A stretch of DNA of 64,000 nucleotides, taken from contig NMRA01000261.1 of NCBI GenBank assembly GCA_002633005.1, forward strand, positions 310,001-374,000. Direction: 5' to 3'. Both the position numbers and the translations under genes were made by a program. Positions 49,601 through 61,600 of the stretch are shown piece after piece. Position 1 is the first letter of the stretch. The number at the start of each line of letters is the position of its first letter. The notes under the pieces were generated by a model. The model did not search any database. It saw only the letters and a program-made list of their open reading frames with translations, and was not told where the DNA came from. Origin of the DNA: Phoronis australis. Its lineage: Eukaryota > Animalia > Phoronida.

Positions 49601-52600
49601 AACACGATTGGTCAGAAAAAGGTCAGAACAAAGTTCAAGGAAGTCTATGTGAATTTCTATCAACTGTCAGATCTTTAAACAACACAGAGTTTAAGATCAA
49701 TGCAGCAATCAAGTAAAAATGGAAACAAAACTTATGAATAAATGTACACAATACTGAATACTTTCTTAAGAAAAATTAAATTGGTGTATCTCTTTAAATA
49801 AAGGGACTAAGAACACGTTCCCTCTATTGATACTTAACTCAACTTTTTATAGTCACTTACCATGTACATGGGCCTGCTGCAACACTCAGTTCTCATCAAG
49901 TTGTAGGTTCTCTTAAAAATATTGCGATCTGCAAATTTTAAAAAAACGTTGATAACGACGGTGTGTGATACTTTCAAATAAATTCGTCAACTATTCGACA
50001 AAAATTTAATGACGCGTGTCACTTTGACATTTTGTTTCTACTTGGCAAAACAGCTTTTGTTAAAGGAACAATATTGGTGAGAAAAGTGATTTTCAGCACG
50101 GGATTGAACCTGGACCCATGGGGTCCCAAACACGGAATTGAACCTGGACCCATGGGGTCCCAAACACGGAATTGAACCTGGACCCATGGGGTCCCAAGCA
50201 CGGGATTGAACCTGGACCCATGGGGTCCCAAGCATGGGATTGAACCTGGACCCATGGGCAACAACGGTCATTCTACCGTGACAAATGATATAAATGAATA
50301 GCTTCTGATCTGAAACTCATTTAAAATTTTCTCCCATCCTTGTGGAGCCCCATCTGACTCTTACTGGGGATTAGCAACAGAGGGCGATGCAATTTTTGCA
50401 GGAATCAGCCACACAGCTGACATTCCCCAGCAGCTTCCAAAATGATCATGGAAGAACATTTTAATTGAGATTGCAAAACTTATTTGAATAATATTTTATC
50501 ACATTCGGTTCTTTAATTTTTGCTTGATCATTTCATTGTGCTGAACATTTTCACATTACGCCACGTCATAAAACAAATTCAACCAAACAGCACATTCGCA
50601 TCAGAAGGAAAATAGGATAGACATTTGAAATTCTTGATGTCATAAAACAGGCCCCAGATCTGCCTTCTTATCTGACAGCATGTAAATGAACGCCAAGCAA
50701 TGCATGTTACCATGATTACCACGAAAGGACAGTGTGTTAAAAGTTTCTATCTCAATCTACACAATGAAATTCAGCATCACAATAGTTCAACGCATTCGTG
50801 TCTGATTCAGCATCATATTCATACCTTACCTATGTGCCAACGACCCATGTAGTAAATCTGTACTGTAAGCAGTAAACAGATGGAGATATGGAGTAATGCC
50901 AAAATTACCCAGAAGGCAATAGAGCCATGGCCATACACCTGGAAAAAAAACAACATACCATACATACTCGTTAGCTGATGAAGGGAAATACAGAACATAG
51001 AGAAAGTACAAGCTTGAAGATTATTCAGTAGGAAAGCTAAAGATGGTTGGTTTTCAATGTTTTTCTTTTCGGGAACTTCTTCCCATCCAGTAACAGACGC
51101 AGAATATTGAAAACCAGTTTCCCCCTACTGAATAACAGGCATCAAATTGGTTCTCAAAACCTGGGACTCCTGTAAGTGACTAATTGGTATTATATAACTT
51201 CCATTATATGTTTTGCAGTTATTTGTTTTTCACCACTGATCCAGTGTGTGTTCATCACAACTCAGCTTTCGTATCCCATGCTCAAAATCATATTTGTGTG
51301 AGCTGGTAGTTACGTGGGAGCCTTAACAATTTATTTAGGAGACTAGTCTTGCTAGTTGGATGTTTAATCACCTTAAATGGCCTATCTTGAGCATTAGTGA
51401 CACAAAATGTTCAAGGCTTACAGCATTCAGGCTACGGACTTAGATTAGCATGCAGATAATGGGGGCCAGACCAAAGAGGATAAATTGATGTTCTGTTGCT
51501 CTAGATTTGATTCATTTGTTGTCAGTTGTAACTCTGTTGACAGTTGTACAGATGTAGTTTGCAGAGTATAGTCTTGGTGCATCAGCACTAGAAAGGTTAA
51601 ATATGTTATCAGTTTGGTCGAGTTTTACTGCAAGTTCAATCCTCATATCTTTTGCTGAATATGTTAATGGGTTGGAATTTTTGTACTGTATTATATAATT
51701 TGTATAAATATATCTTTTTTAGTGAGACGTGGAAATATGTTGGAAATAATTTATCCCGTTCAAGCCGCCATCTTTTTGATCACATCACATGACCTAGTGA
51801 ACAGGAAAAACTATTTCCAACATATTTCCACGCCGCACTGAAAAAGATATATTTATACACACAATGGAGATCATGGGTAAGATGCCAACTAATAACTAAA
51901 GTCCGATTCACGGTTAGTAGACGCTCCTGGGTTCGAGTCCCTGTCGGGGGCAGAAATCTTTTCGGACTTACATTAATTAGGTCACGTGATGTGATCAAAA
52001 ATATGGTGAGATGAACGGGATAAACTATTTCCAACATGTATTAATGTTGTTATGTTGTATATCATTTTGTGTGGGACAACAGCAAGATACTTTTTGTTTC
52101 AGATATCTGTTGTCATTAATGTCATTACAGTCAACACATTAATAAGATGCATCATAACTGTGCACCTCCTGTGCTTCTTACTATTGCACAAATACAAACG
52201 TCTTAACAAGAGAGTAAGGTAGTGTACGCAAAATTAAAGCTATAAAACTGACATTCAATATCTTGTGACGACATGACCCACCAACACCTATAATTTATCA
52301 CTTTATACAACTGGAAGAATAAGTATACATACCACACCGATAACACCAAAGAAAATGATCCAGGCCAAGAAAAAATACGAAGAATGAGCCGTGGGGTTGA
52401 CATCTGGGTGACGAGTTTGGTAAATCTTTAGCATGCACAGTCCAGCAATGATGTACATAAAAGCCGTGTCTGCAGTAGAAATACACAGTTTGGTTGAACT
52501 AGGCTGACCACGCCAAGGGTCAAGATTACAGCACAGTTTACAAAGATGTTGTCAAACGGGCAGCAGCCACACGCCTAAGGGATAGCAAAACGGTGCTTTT

Positions 52601-55600
52601 GGATAACTGTAATGTATACACCGTCTGCCTGGGCAGCATTTTTACTGCCTTCCAGGTATCCGGGCACCATCTCCCAGATCCCGCCCCTTAAAATATTAGA
52701 GAGTTTTGCTGTATTACATAGAGATTTACGTTAAACCACTAGTACTGTAAAATTTCTTCCACTCCAAAACAAGAGCAATGTGAAGAGTTTAAATACAGCC
52801 ATGACAGTACCACAAATGCTACGCTTCTAGAGATGTTTATAGAAATGGTCACCAAATGACACACAATGCATTGAACATGCCTGTCTCCATATGAAAACCT
52901 ATTTACCAAATTTCACGAAAATCCAGGAATGTAAAAAAAGTAAAATTGCCACTAAGGGGCAAAGTGGTAGACAAATACTCTGAAACTTATCATCATCATT
53001 CGTCCTTAGCACCATACAAACACATCTGCCAAATCTCATGAAAGATCGTGCAAGGGCTTTAGGAGATATCGCAGTCATAGGACTGAACAAAAAACGTGCT
53101 GCATTGTGTTCTAAAGAGGACGGAAATTGCAACGTCACTATACTGAGCTAGTCCACGATATTTCATCAACTTGGTCTTACCAATTCAGTATGGGAAATAA
53201 TAGTTAATATGCTAAAAAGTTTTTATTGAAAAATCACTAGTTAAACTCTGGTTTAAAAAGCAAATGCCGCGACAAATGTGTGCAAGTGAACAGCCCTATG
53301 TCATAGTGTTTGGCTCCACTTCTGAGCAGTTGCTAGGGGCCCTACTAAGCTTTACCATAAATTTATAGGCTTGTCCCAGACTGAACTTAGAGCATTTTAG
53401 TATATTACCACAAAAGAACAGTTTTAAGAAGTGAAAAAACTCTCACTATCATGACAAATGCCCGAACCACTCCCCAGTCTACAGAACATCATGAGAGCTA
53501 TAGCTGCTTTATCTATTTGAATCGCAAGACACACACGAGGTGTGACAAAATCAGTTAGACCTAGCCAATGCTCTGCTCTCAAACAGAGCTGAAGGTGCAC
53601 AGGAGGGCTCTTCACCACTTGGTGAAATGGATATAAACCAAAAGAATGTGAGAGAAATACTTGTTCAGTGCGTTAATACTAACCAAATCAAATTCCCTTG
53701 ACACGTTCAGAAAATCGCAAATGGTTTTACTGGTTATATTTTGCTTCTTTTTAACTAGCTACAACAAATCAAGGCATCTTCTACCCTTAATTTCTGACAT
53801 AACGACATCATGAATGCCAGCCACTGAGCCCAGTGAATGCTTTAGTTCAAGAGTTCACAGGTAGGTTAAAAAATTAATGCAAATGGCAGAGTGACAAGCA
53901 AAAAGTAAAAAGTTGAATCTTGGAGTGAATAAGTTCTGTTGAAGCGCTTGATTTCCGTTATATTCGCTGTATTATTTCCTAAGATAAATGAGTTCACGCG
54001 ATCGCACTTTTGATGCGTGCTGGTTTTGATTGCAATTTGAGTGTGATGTGTACGAAACTTGATTCAACACTTTCACTATGCGGACTTCCAACCCTATTAA
54101 AGGGTTGGTTTACCGACTACATTTAAACCCTGCAACAACCAGAACAACATCGCCTAGCTGAAGTGGCAACTCCACTAAAAGACTGGCAGCGAATAGCCAC
54201 AGGTTTATCACTAAGCTATTCAAAGCATATAAAGAGGATAGTGATGTTTTTGTCATGAACATCTTCACACCAACAGCACTGTGTGGAAATAAAAAACACG
54301 CACCAAACTGAAAGTTGGAATAACTGGGGCAGACGTGGTAGCAGGCACTGAGTACACCCTCCATGATGAGGGCCAGTCCCATGGCATAGAACAGTCCAAA
54401 GTGTTGAGGGATACCAAACTTCTGGAATGATAACAACAATATATCACTACACCTCATCATTAAAACTCCTTCCGCTTCATCTTAGATGCAAAGTCCATAG
54501 AGCGAATTTTTACGCAAACTCATTGCATCCAAACTTTGTTCTCAAATGACGCTTCGTTAACACATCAAAAATGCAAACAGAATTTAAAAGATCCAAGCAA
54601 GCACATGGTTTCAAGTCTGGTTTTGAATTTCTGAAGGTTCACAAACAAAATGGGCAGTACATATGGACGGCAAAATATTGTCACAAATATTCACACCACA
54701 ACAATCCACTTGCGAGTTTCTAAACTTAGCAGAACAGTGGGACAAAATCTCCAAATTGTTACATAACCTCACACCATGACGCCAAGGGAAAAGGGACAAA
54801 ATTCCTCCTTGCTTTCTATCTCGTCTGGAAAAATATCAATTAGCAGACGGCACTTCTGGTGAAAGGTGGTGGCATTATTAACAATTGTATTCACACCATG
54901 CATCACACTTACTTTTTCCAGTTCTGGATTCCGGGCGATGTCCGACTTATTTTTGTAATCTCTGCAAAATTTAACAAAATCATATTTCAACAATGACAGA
55001 CCTATCCACAAGTGTATTTAAGGAAAATCTGTGGTGTCTTCCCATTCACAACTCTGACAAGTAACATGCATGATAGTTGTTTGGCTTTACTTCTTTCAGC
55101 AGCTTTTGGCAATATGTGGCCACTACTGCAGAAGCGAGTCACTGTGCAGCCGTTGTTCACATGAATCCTGCCACCTGTACACATATCATACATCCACTGA
55201 TATACAACTAATTTACACCTACTTAGCATACAACATGGAGCAAATAGAATCTTATTTTTTCTAATTTCGTAACAAAAAATTTCTACTTTTTCTGGTACCA
55301 CTATCATGGTTCAGAATTCTAACTTGTGTCTGCACATTAGCGCTACCTATTGGCTGAGGGTTGAGTACTCGACATAGTTTTTAGTTAAAACTTATCTGGA
55401 TTTTGACAGTTGCGCGTTTGGTAATTTTTTTGGAATAATTGCACAAATCACTTAAGTCTTAAAAGATTAGTCTATTCTTCGAAAAATGTCAATGAATTTT
55501 AGCAATTTTTCATACTTTTGTCAAGACCTACCTGTAGAACTACAGCAATTAAAAAGAAACTTGTGAAACTTCATATGACAAATAACAAGTTATAATAGTG

Positions 55601-58600
55601 CTCACCTTCTGTAGGTGATGAGCAAGAACAGTATACCAAGCATGATATATCCAACATTACTGAATACATTGTTAAAGGCGCTTAGCAAGCCAAGGGGTCG
55701 TGCACAGAAGAAGTTGTAGTAACATAAGTCTTCGTTACCCGTCTGGTTCAACACCTGAAATTGATAGGTATGGCTGTAAAGATACTGATTACCTTGATAT
55801 CAATACTCAATAATCAATAAATAATCGTCTTAAGAGTACAAAGAGTAGGTAATTGGCTAGATCATGAGATACCATTAGTATTAATGAAAATATCATGAGA
55901 TGCCATTAGCATTAATGAAAGAGACACATGAGTTGGCCAATACAACACCAGGGGGAGTGCATCTTCTAGCATAGGATAACTGCCAGGCAAGAAATCAAAT
56001 AAGACACAAAAGATGTACTTGAAGGGAGCTTCAACAAAAAGTCACTTTTTTTAGTTTTGATGCAGTTACATCACCTTGTGTTTGCGAATAATTCGCAAAG
56101 GAACCATTTTGCAGGGAATTCAATCTGAAAAGCAGTTTCATATGAAAGGTGGCATTGAAAACTCACTCACGTGGGCGGCAAGTTTAATATACTCTGTTTA
56201 GGTCACACCAGAACCACACTGTATTGCCATCTTTTCAATGTTTCTTCACTGTACAAAATAATTGCGAAGATAAAATGACTGTGCTTGCTACACAATGAGC
56301 TGCATTCTTAAAAAGCCATCTTTAGCTATTAGGTACGTTACCGACTGATAAGTTAAGACCAACTGAACCACTGGAAGACCATAAAATATAGCAATGGTGA
56401 CCAGGTTCCTGAAACGACAAAAAGGTAAACACTGAAATTATCTGGCATCTGCTTCATGACAAGTGACTTAGAAACTTGGTCTTATGCTCCACATAACTAT
56501 TTATGAAAAATAATTTTAATTATTTAAAAATCTCACTTGAACAAAAGTATAAATCTCTAAAAAAATACCCACAACTGCATTACTGACTATAAACTGTACA
56601 AACTATTTCTTAGCTGTGATGTGCCAACAATTTCATGACTAAACCTTCATTCACTAATTGTGAAGTGGGAGTAAGTCTAGAATCTTGCAATCTAACACAA
56701 GATGGCACTAGTGTTCATGAGGAGAAGCTCATGACCCTACTAACACACTCTAGTAAGATGGCTGCCGCTGAAAATGAATCGCTGGCTACCAAAGAATGTT
56801 AAATCAATGAAGGAAAAAGCAAGTGAACACCTGTTATACTCATAAAACACCCACCTTGTTTCTTCAGATTTCATTGCTTGGTAAAAATTTCCAATGACAA
56901 TCAAAACTGATTGAGCAACATATTTAAATTTAAGTATAATTCATAACTTACTAATTATGCAAAAACTTCCCTCATCAATGACCTTTACAACAGACAAGTC
57001 AAACTTCAGTAAAAATTCATAAATTTTGAACAAAAATAATTGTTAAAATTGTCAGTCTTCTTTTTTCAAAAGCTTCTTTCACAATTGCAAGTGCTAACAA
57101 TTCACCAGTGATGTTTGTTCACATGTTGTTTATTACTAAACAGTAAACAACATGTAAATAAGAGACAGGATTTTCTCAAGTGTAATCAGAAATTCAACAA
57201 CTTACAATTTTACTCATACTGTGGCCAAAATTGAAGAGTTTTTGATGTAATCAAAGTAGTAATAACTCAAGCCGCCGCAGACGCAGGTCCATTTGGTCAA
57301 CAGCAGTAACGGTAAAAATGCTAAGTCTCCATATACAACAAGTTCTAAGATGTATTGTACATGGCACAAAAAGTGATATGGTGAAGAAGATGGTAAAAAT
57401 GCTAAGTCTCCATATACAACAAGTTCTAAGATGTGTTGCACACAAAAAGTGATATGATGAAGAAGATGGTAAAAATGCTAAGTCTCCATATACAACAAGT
57501 TCTAAGATGTATTGCACACAAAAAGTGATATGGTGAAGAAGATGGTGAAAATGCTAAGTCTCCATATACAACAAGTTCTAAGATGTGTTGCACACAAAAA
57601 GTAATGTGGTGAAGAGGATGCTGAATACCAAAGTGCTCAATCAACAATATTTTACCTGTGATAGATTTGTATCATACCTGTGATAAAGTCTGTATCTTAC
57701 ACGTAATATAGTTGGTATACGGTAATAGAGTTTGTATCATACCTGTGATAAAGTGTGTATCTTAAATGTGATGAAGTTTGTATCTTACCTGTGATAAAGT
57801 TTGTATTTGCTCGACAAGACTCTGCGCCCCTTCCTTGACAGATCAGCGACATACAGTAAAGTCTGTAAAGATCACGTGAACTTAAGAAGTCAACCTAGTC
57901 ATCACGATTAGAGAAACCACAAGATGGTGAAATGTGAAATATGTCAGGAATAAAACAAAAGAGCACAAAGCGTAAAAACTTGGTGAAATTACCATAATTG
58001 GAATACTTGCGTAACCATGGACTCCTGACAATTAATACAACAGACCATGAACTCCTGACTAATACAACAGACCATGCACTCCTGACTAATACAACAGACC
58101 ATGCACTTCTGACTAATACAATAGACAATGCAAGCACATTTTTTAGTGTGGAACAAGCAATTGTAACAAATTTTACATCAAGGAAACTGGGGCAAAACCA
58201 AAGAGGGAGGGAGAGAGGGAGGGAGGGAGAGACGGATGGAGAGAGGGGGGGAGAGAGGGAGGAGGGATTTAGAGAGGGAGGGAGAGGGAAAGAGGGGGTG
58301 GAGGGAGGGAGGGAGGGAGGGAGGGACAGAGAGTAAAAGTGAGGATCAAAGAACATCAACGTATAAACTAAAGCAAAAAACCCGCTGGTCGCCAAATCGA
58401 GCCCTGCGTTATGTCTACGAGAACCTATCTCAGTCACCTTTGTTCTGTATATCTCTTTTAGATCATCTGCATCACTGAGTGAATCGAGGTCAGCTTCATC
58501 AATAGAGCTTGCTTCCGAGCCAATGGTATCTCGTCGTGTCCGGCTATTAGGATCATTCTCTGAGCTATTTAGATTGGTCGCTGCAATGCACAGGGAGTAA

Positions 58601-61600
58601 CACTATGCATATATGATAAATCATCCATGGTCCTGTCTTACCAAAACTTTAACACAACCAGTCAGATATAGACACTATCTGTACCTCCAACATGCAGTTC
58701 AGCCATCTTGTTTCTATCACTCAGACAGCCTTAAAATACAAATTCTGTTTTTTGGTGTTTTGAGAAGTAGACGTCTTTTTCTGTCTGAAAATTGAGATTT
58801 AGTTTTCGTTGTATAATGGTAACTTTTAACTTCCACATTGCCCGACTCACTTGTACACGGCTTAATAATCATTTTCGTGACCAGAGTCTAAATTCTTTAA
58901 ATCTAGTGCGTGACAATACAAAGTTCGTCAACTTATCATTTAATGGCCAACAACGAAGAAAATGTCTGACTTTTACGAGAATCTCGAACACATTTAAAGT
59001 AAACAGTTCAATGACTTCATCAACTAAACTTGAGCAAAAATCTTGATAAGTGGCAAGTATCTGTTTTTTAATCATCTTTGTAGTTTTTTACGTATTGCAA
59101 AAAACCATGCGAGACAATAGTCAGGGCAAACACTTAACAATGGACCAGATTCTGGATTTGGAGTTGAATCTAAACAATATCTGTTATGCTTGCCTGTCAC
59201 AACAGCTCACTCAGTTGTAAAGAGTCGAATTTTGCAAAATCCTAGCAAACAGATATTTGCACATTTTTAGCTTTTTGGTAAATTTCTGATAACATTTGAC
59301 ATGAAGAATACAAAAAACAAATGCTAAGCAATTTGCTGAAATTTCCTAACTTGCCAACACTGTCTCACCCTAATCAGTTCCAAAACGATGTATGAGTTAT
59401 ATGCTTTATGCAAAACACAACTCATAAGAACATTGCTAAGGCTGACATCACTTATAATAACCAAAAAGTTCCATATTGTGAATTCATATCCTTGCTCAAA
59501 ATTATTGAAGTCCTTGCTAGCAGATGTTAGCAATTTTTTGAGGAAGGAGGAGTCATATTATGTCACCATGTTCATGGGAATTAATCAACTTGCTATTAGC
59601 TACATTGACAAAAATTTATCAAGACACAGAACTATCTTCAATAAATACCTGCTTCAACTGTTGTTGTTCCATAGGTTTGTGTTGGTGAGGCAAAGGGGAC
59701 TTCTTGAGAAATTCCTAAAAACATACAAGTTTCTTTGGAGATTATTGGTTTAAAAATGTCTCTGATTTGAATCTTGATTTTGAATCATAGACTTGTTCGA
59801 TTGTCACTAAAGATCAAAACACAAGTACTTAATATTAAGACTTTATTATTCAAGATTGGAGTGTCGACAACAAGAATAAAAAGAACCGATGGATATTTTG
59901 AAAGGGGACAGTAACCAATGTTGATGGTTTGTAGCACTAGNGCAGAATACAAAAATCAACTGCTAAGCAATTTGCTGAAATTTCCTAAGTTGCCAACACT
60001 GTCTCACCCTAATCAGTTCCAAAACGATGTATGAGTTATATGCTTTGTGCAAAACACAACTCATAAGAACATTGTTAAGGCTGACATCACTTATTATAAC
60101 CGAAAAGTTCCATATTGTGAATTCATATCCTTGCTCAAAATTATTGAAGTCCCTGCTAGCAGATGTTAGCAATTTTTTGAGGAAGGAGGAGTCATATTGT
60201 GTCACCATGTTCGTGGGAATTAATCAACTTGCTATATAGCTACATTGACAAAAACTTATCAAGACACAGAACTATCTTCAATAAATACCTGCTTCAACTG
60301 TTGTTGTTCCATAGGTTTGTGTTGGTGAGGCAAAGGGGACTTCTTGAGAAATTCCTAAAAACATACAAGTTTCTTTGGAGATTATTGGTTTAAAAATGTC
60401 TCTGATTTGAATCTTGATTTTGAATCATAGACTTGTTCGATTGTCACTAAAGATCAAAACACAAGTACTTAATATTAAGACTTTATTATTCAAGATTGGA
60501 GTGTCGACAACAAGAATAAAAAGAACCGATGGATATTTTGAAAGGGGACAGTAACCAATGTTGATGGTTTGTAGCATTAGTGCAACAGATCCTTGTTTAT
60601 CTTGGAGTGAAATTATCTGCGCTAATTACGATTCCGGCATGCATTTAATCTCCATGCAACAACTGAAAGTGATGTAAACGACCCGGGAAAAGGCCTGCAT
60701 ATCCTGGTTATAATGAATTCAATAACAATTAAATTGGACATCAGTGCTCAGTGGAGGCAAGATGTGGATTTTTTGCTGGGCCATTCATGTCACTTTCTAT
60801 TGTTGCATGGGTAATAAACACACATGAGATAAAAAGTAATAAATCCAAAAAATGTCTCTTCTAGATAATTACACATCTGTTTGTATTAGTGAAAGTAACA
60901 TCAAAACCGTTTGCTTTTTCACTTTATATGTCACAAAAACTAATACCTGAAAGACAAATTTTAGCCAACAGTAACTCAAGAGTGTGGGAACTAAACTACA
61001 TAAAGCACGGGAGCACACAAAGTAAAGAGGAGAGAGCAGACAACAATGAACACACAACTCTCTAACCCCACAACTCAAAACATGTCCCATGTACCCACAC
61101 ACGAGTCACCACAGGCAAGACAGACCGGGTTAAAACACAATCTTTTCCACCTAGTTGTAGCATACAATGTGAATTACAGAGGATGGCTCCAGTGTGCTAT
61201 TCTATATACTGCTAGCTTACAATATAAACTACAGAAGATTGCTTCAGTGAGCAGCTCTGCACAGGGATCGAAGTGATCTCCCTTGCACTTGAACTGAATA
61301 GAAACTACTGTTTTTAAAATCATTTTTTACAGTTTAAAAACATGCATTATCTACTTCATTTCATAAAGTCTGCTTTTTCAACATGCTATCAATTTATTTC
61401 CAAAATAAAAAAACTAGAGTACAGAACGTTTAATATATTTATTTCCAGTGGCGCACCGACAAAATGGCCGCCACATTTGAATGACACTGAACTCAATTTT
61501 TAAGCACTTGGAAAATTCATAAAAGCCCAAACAAAAGAAATAGTATCCGCCTGCCATCACATATACACACCACAACCACATAATCTTTAAATGACTGCGT

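Noticed and set aside
50096-50258. Palindromic 34-bp repeats as CRISPR or tRNA genes
   Set aside because: No spacers and no full cloverleaf; a minisatellite
51900-51970. tRNA gene
   Set aside because: Only a T-arm/B-box is present, embedded in a foldback repeat
57895-58478. ORFs of 180, 112 and 80 aa
   Set aside because: Products of the GA-rich tract and the 27-bp repeat, or antisense to a real SIDT exon
59305-60580. Duplicated ORFs 59388..59753 and 60027..60393 as tandem genes
   Set aside because: N-joined duplicate of SIDT intron sequence; the ORFs lack recognisable motifs and one copy is frameshifted
61221-61293. Possible additional SIDT exon (ttcag...gtaagc on -)
   Set aside because: In the phase required after exon 62870 it contains a TGA, and it has no family similarity
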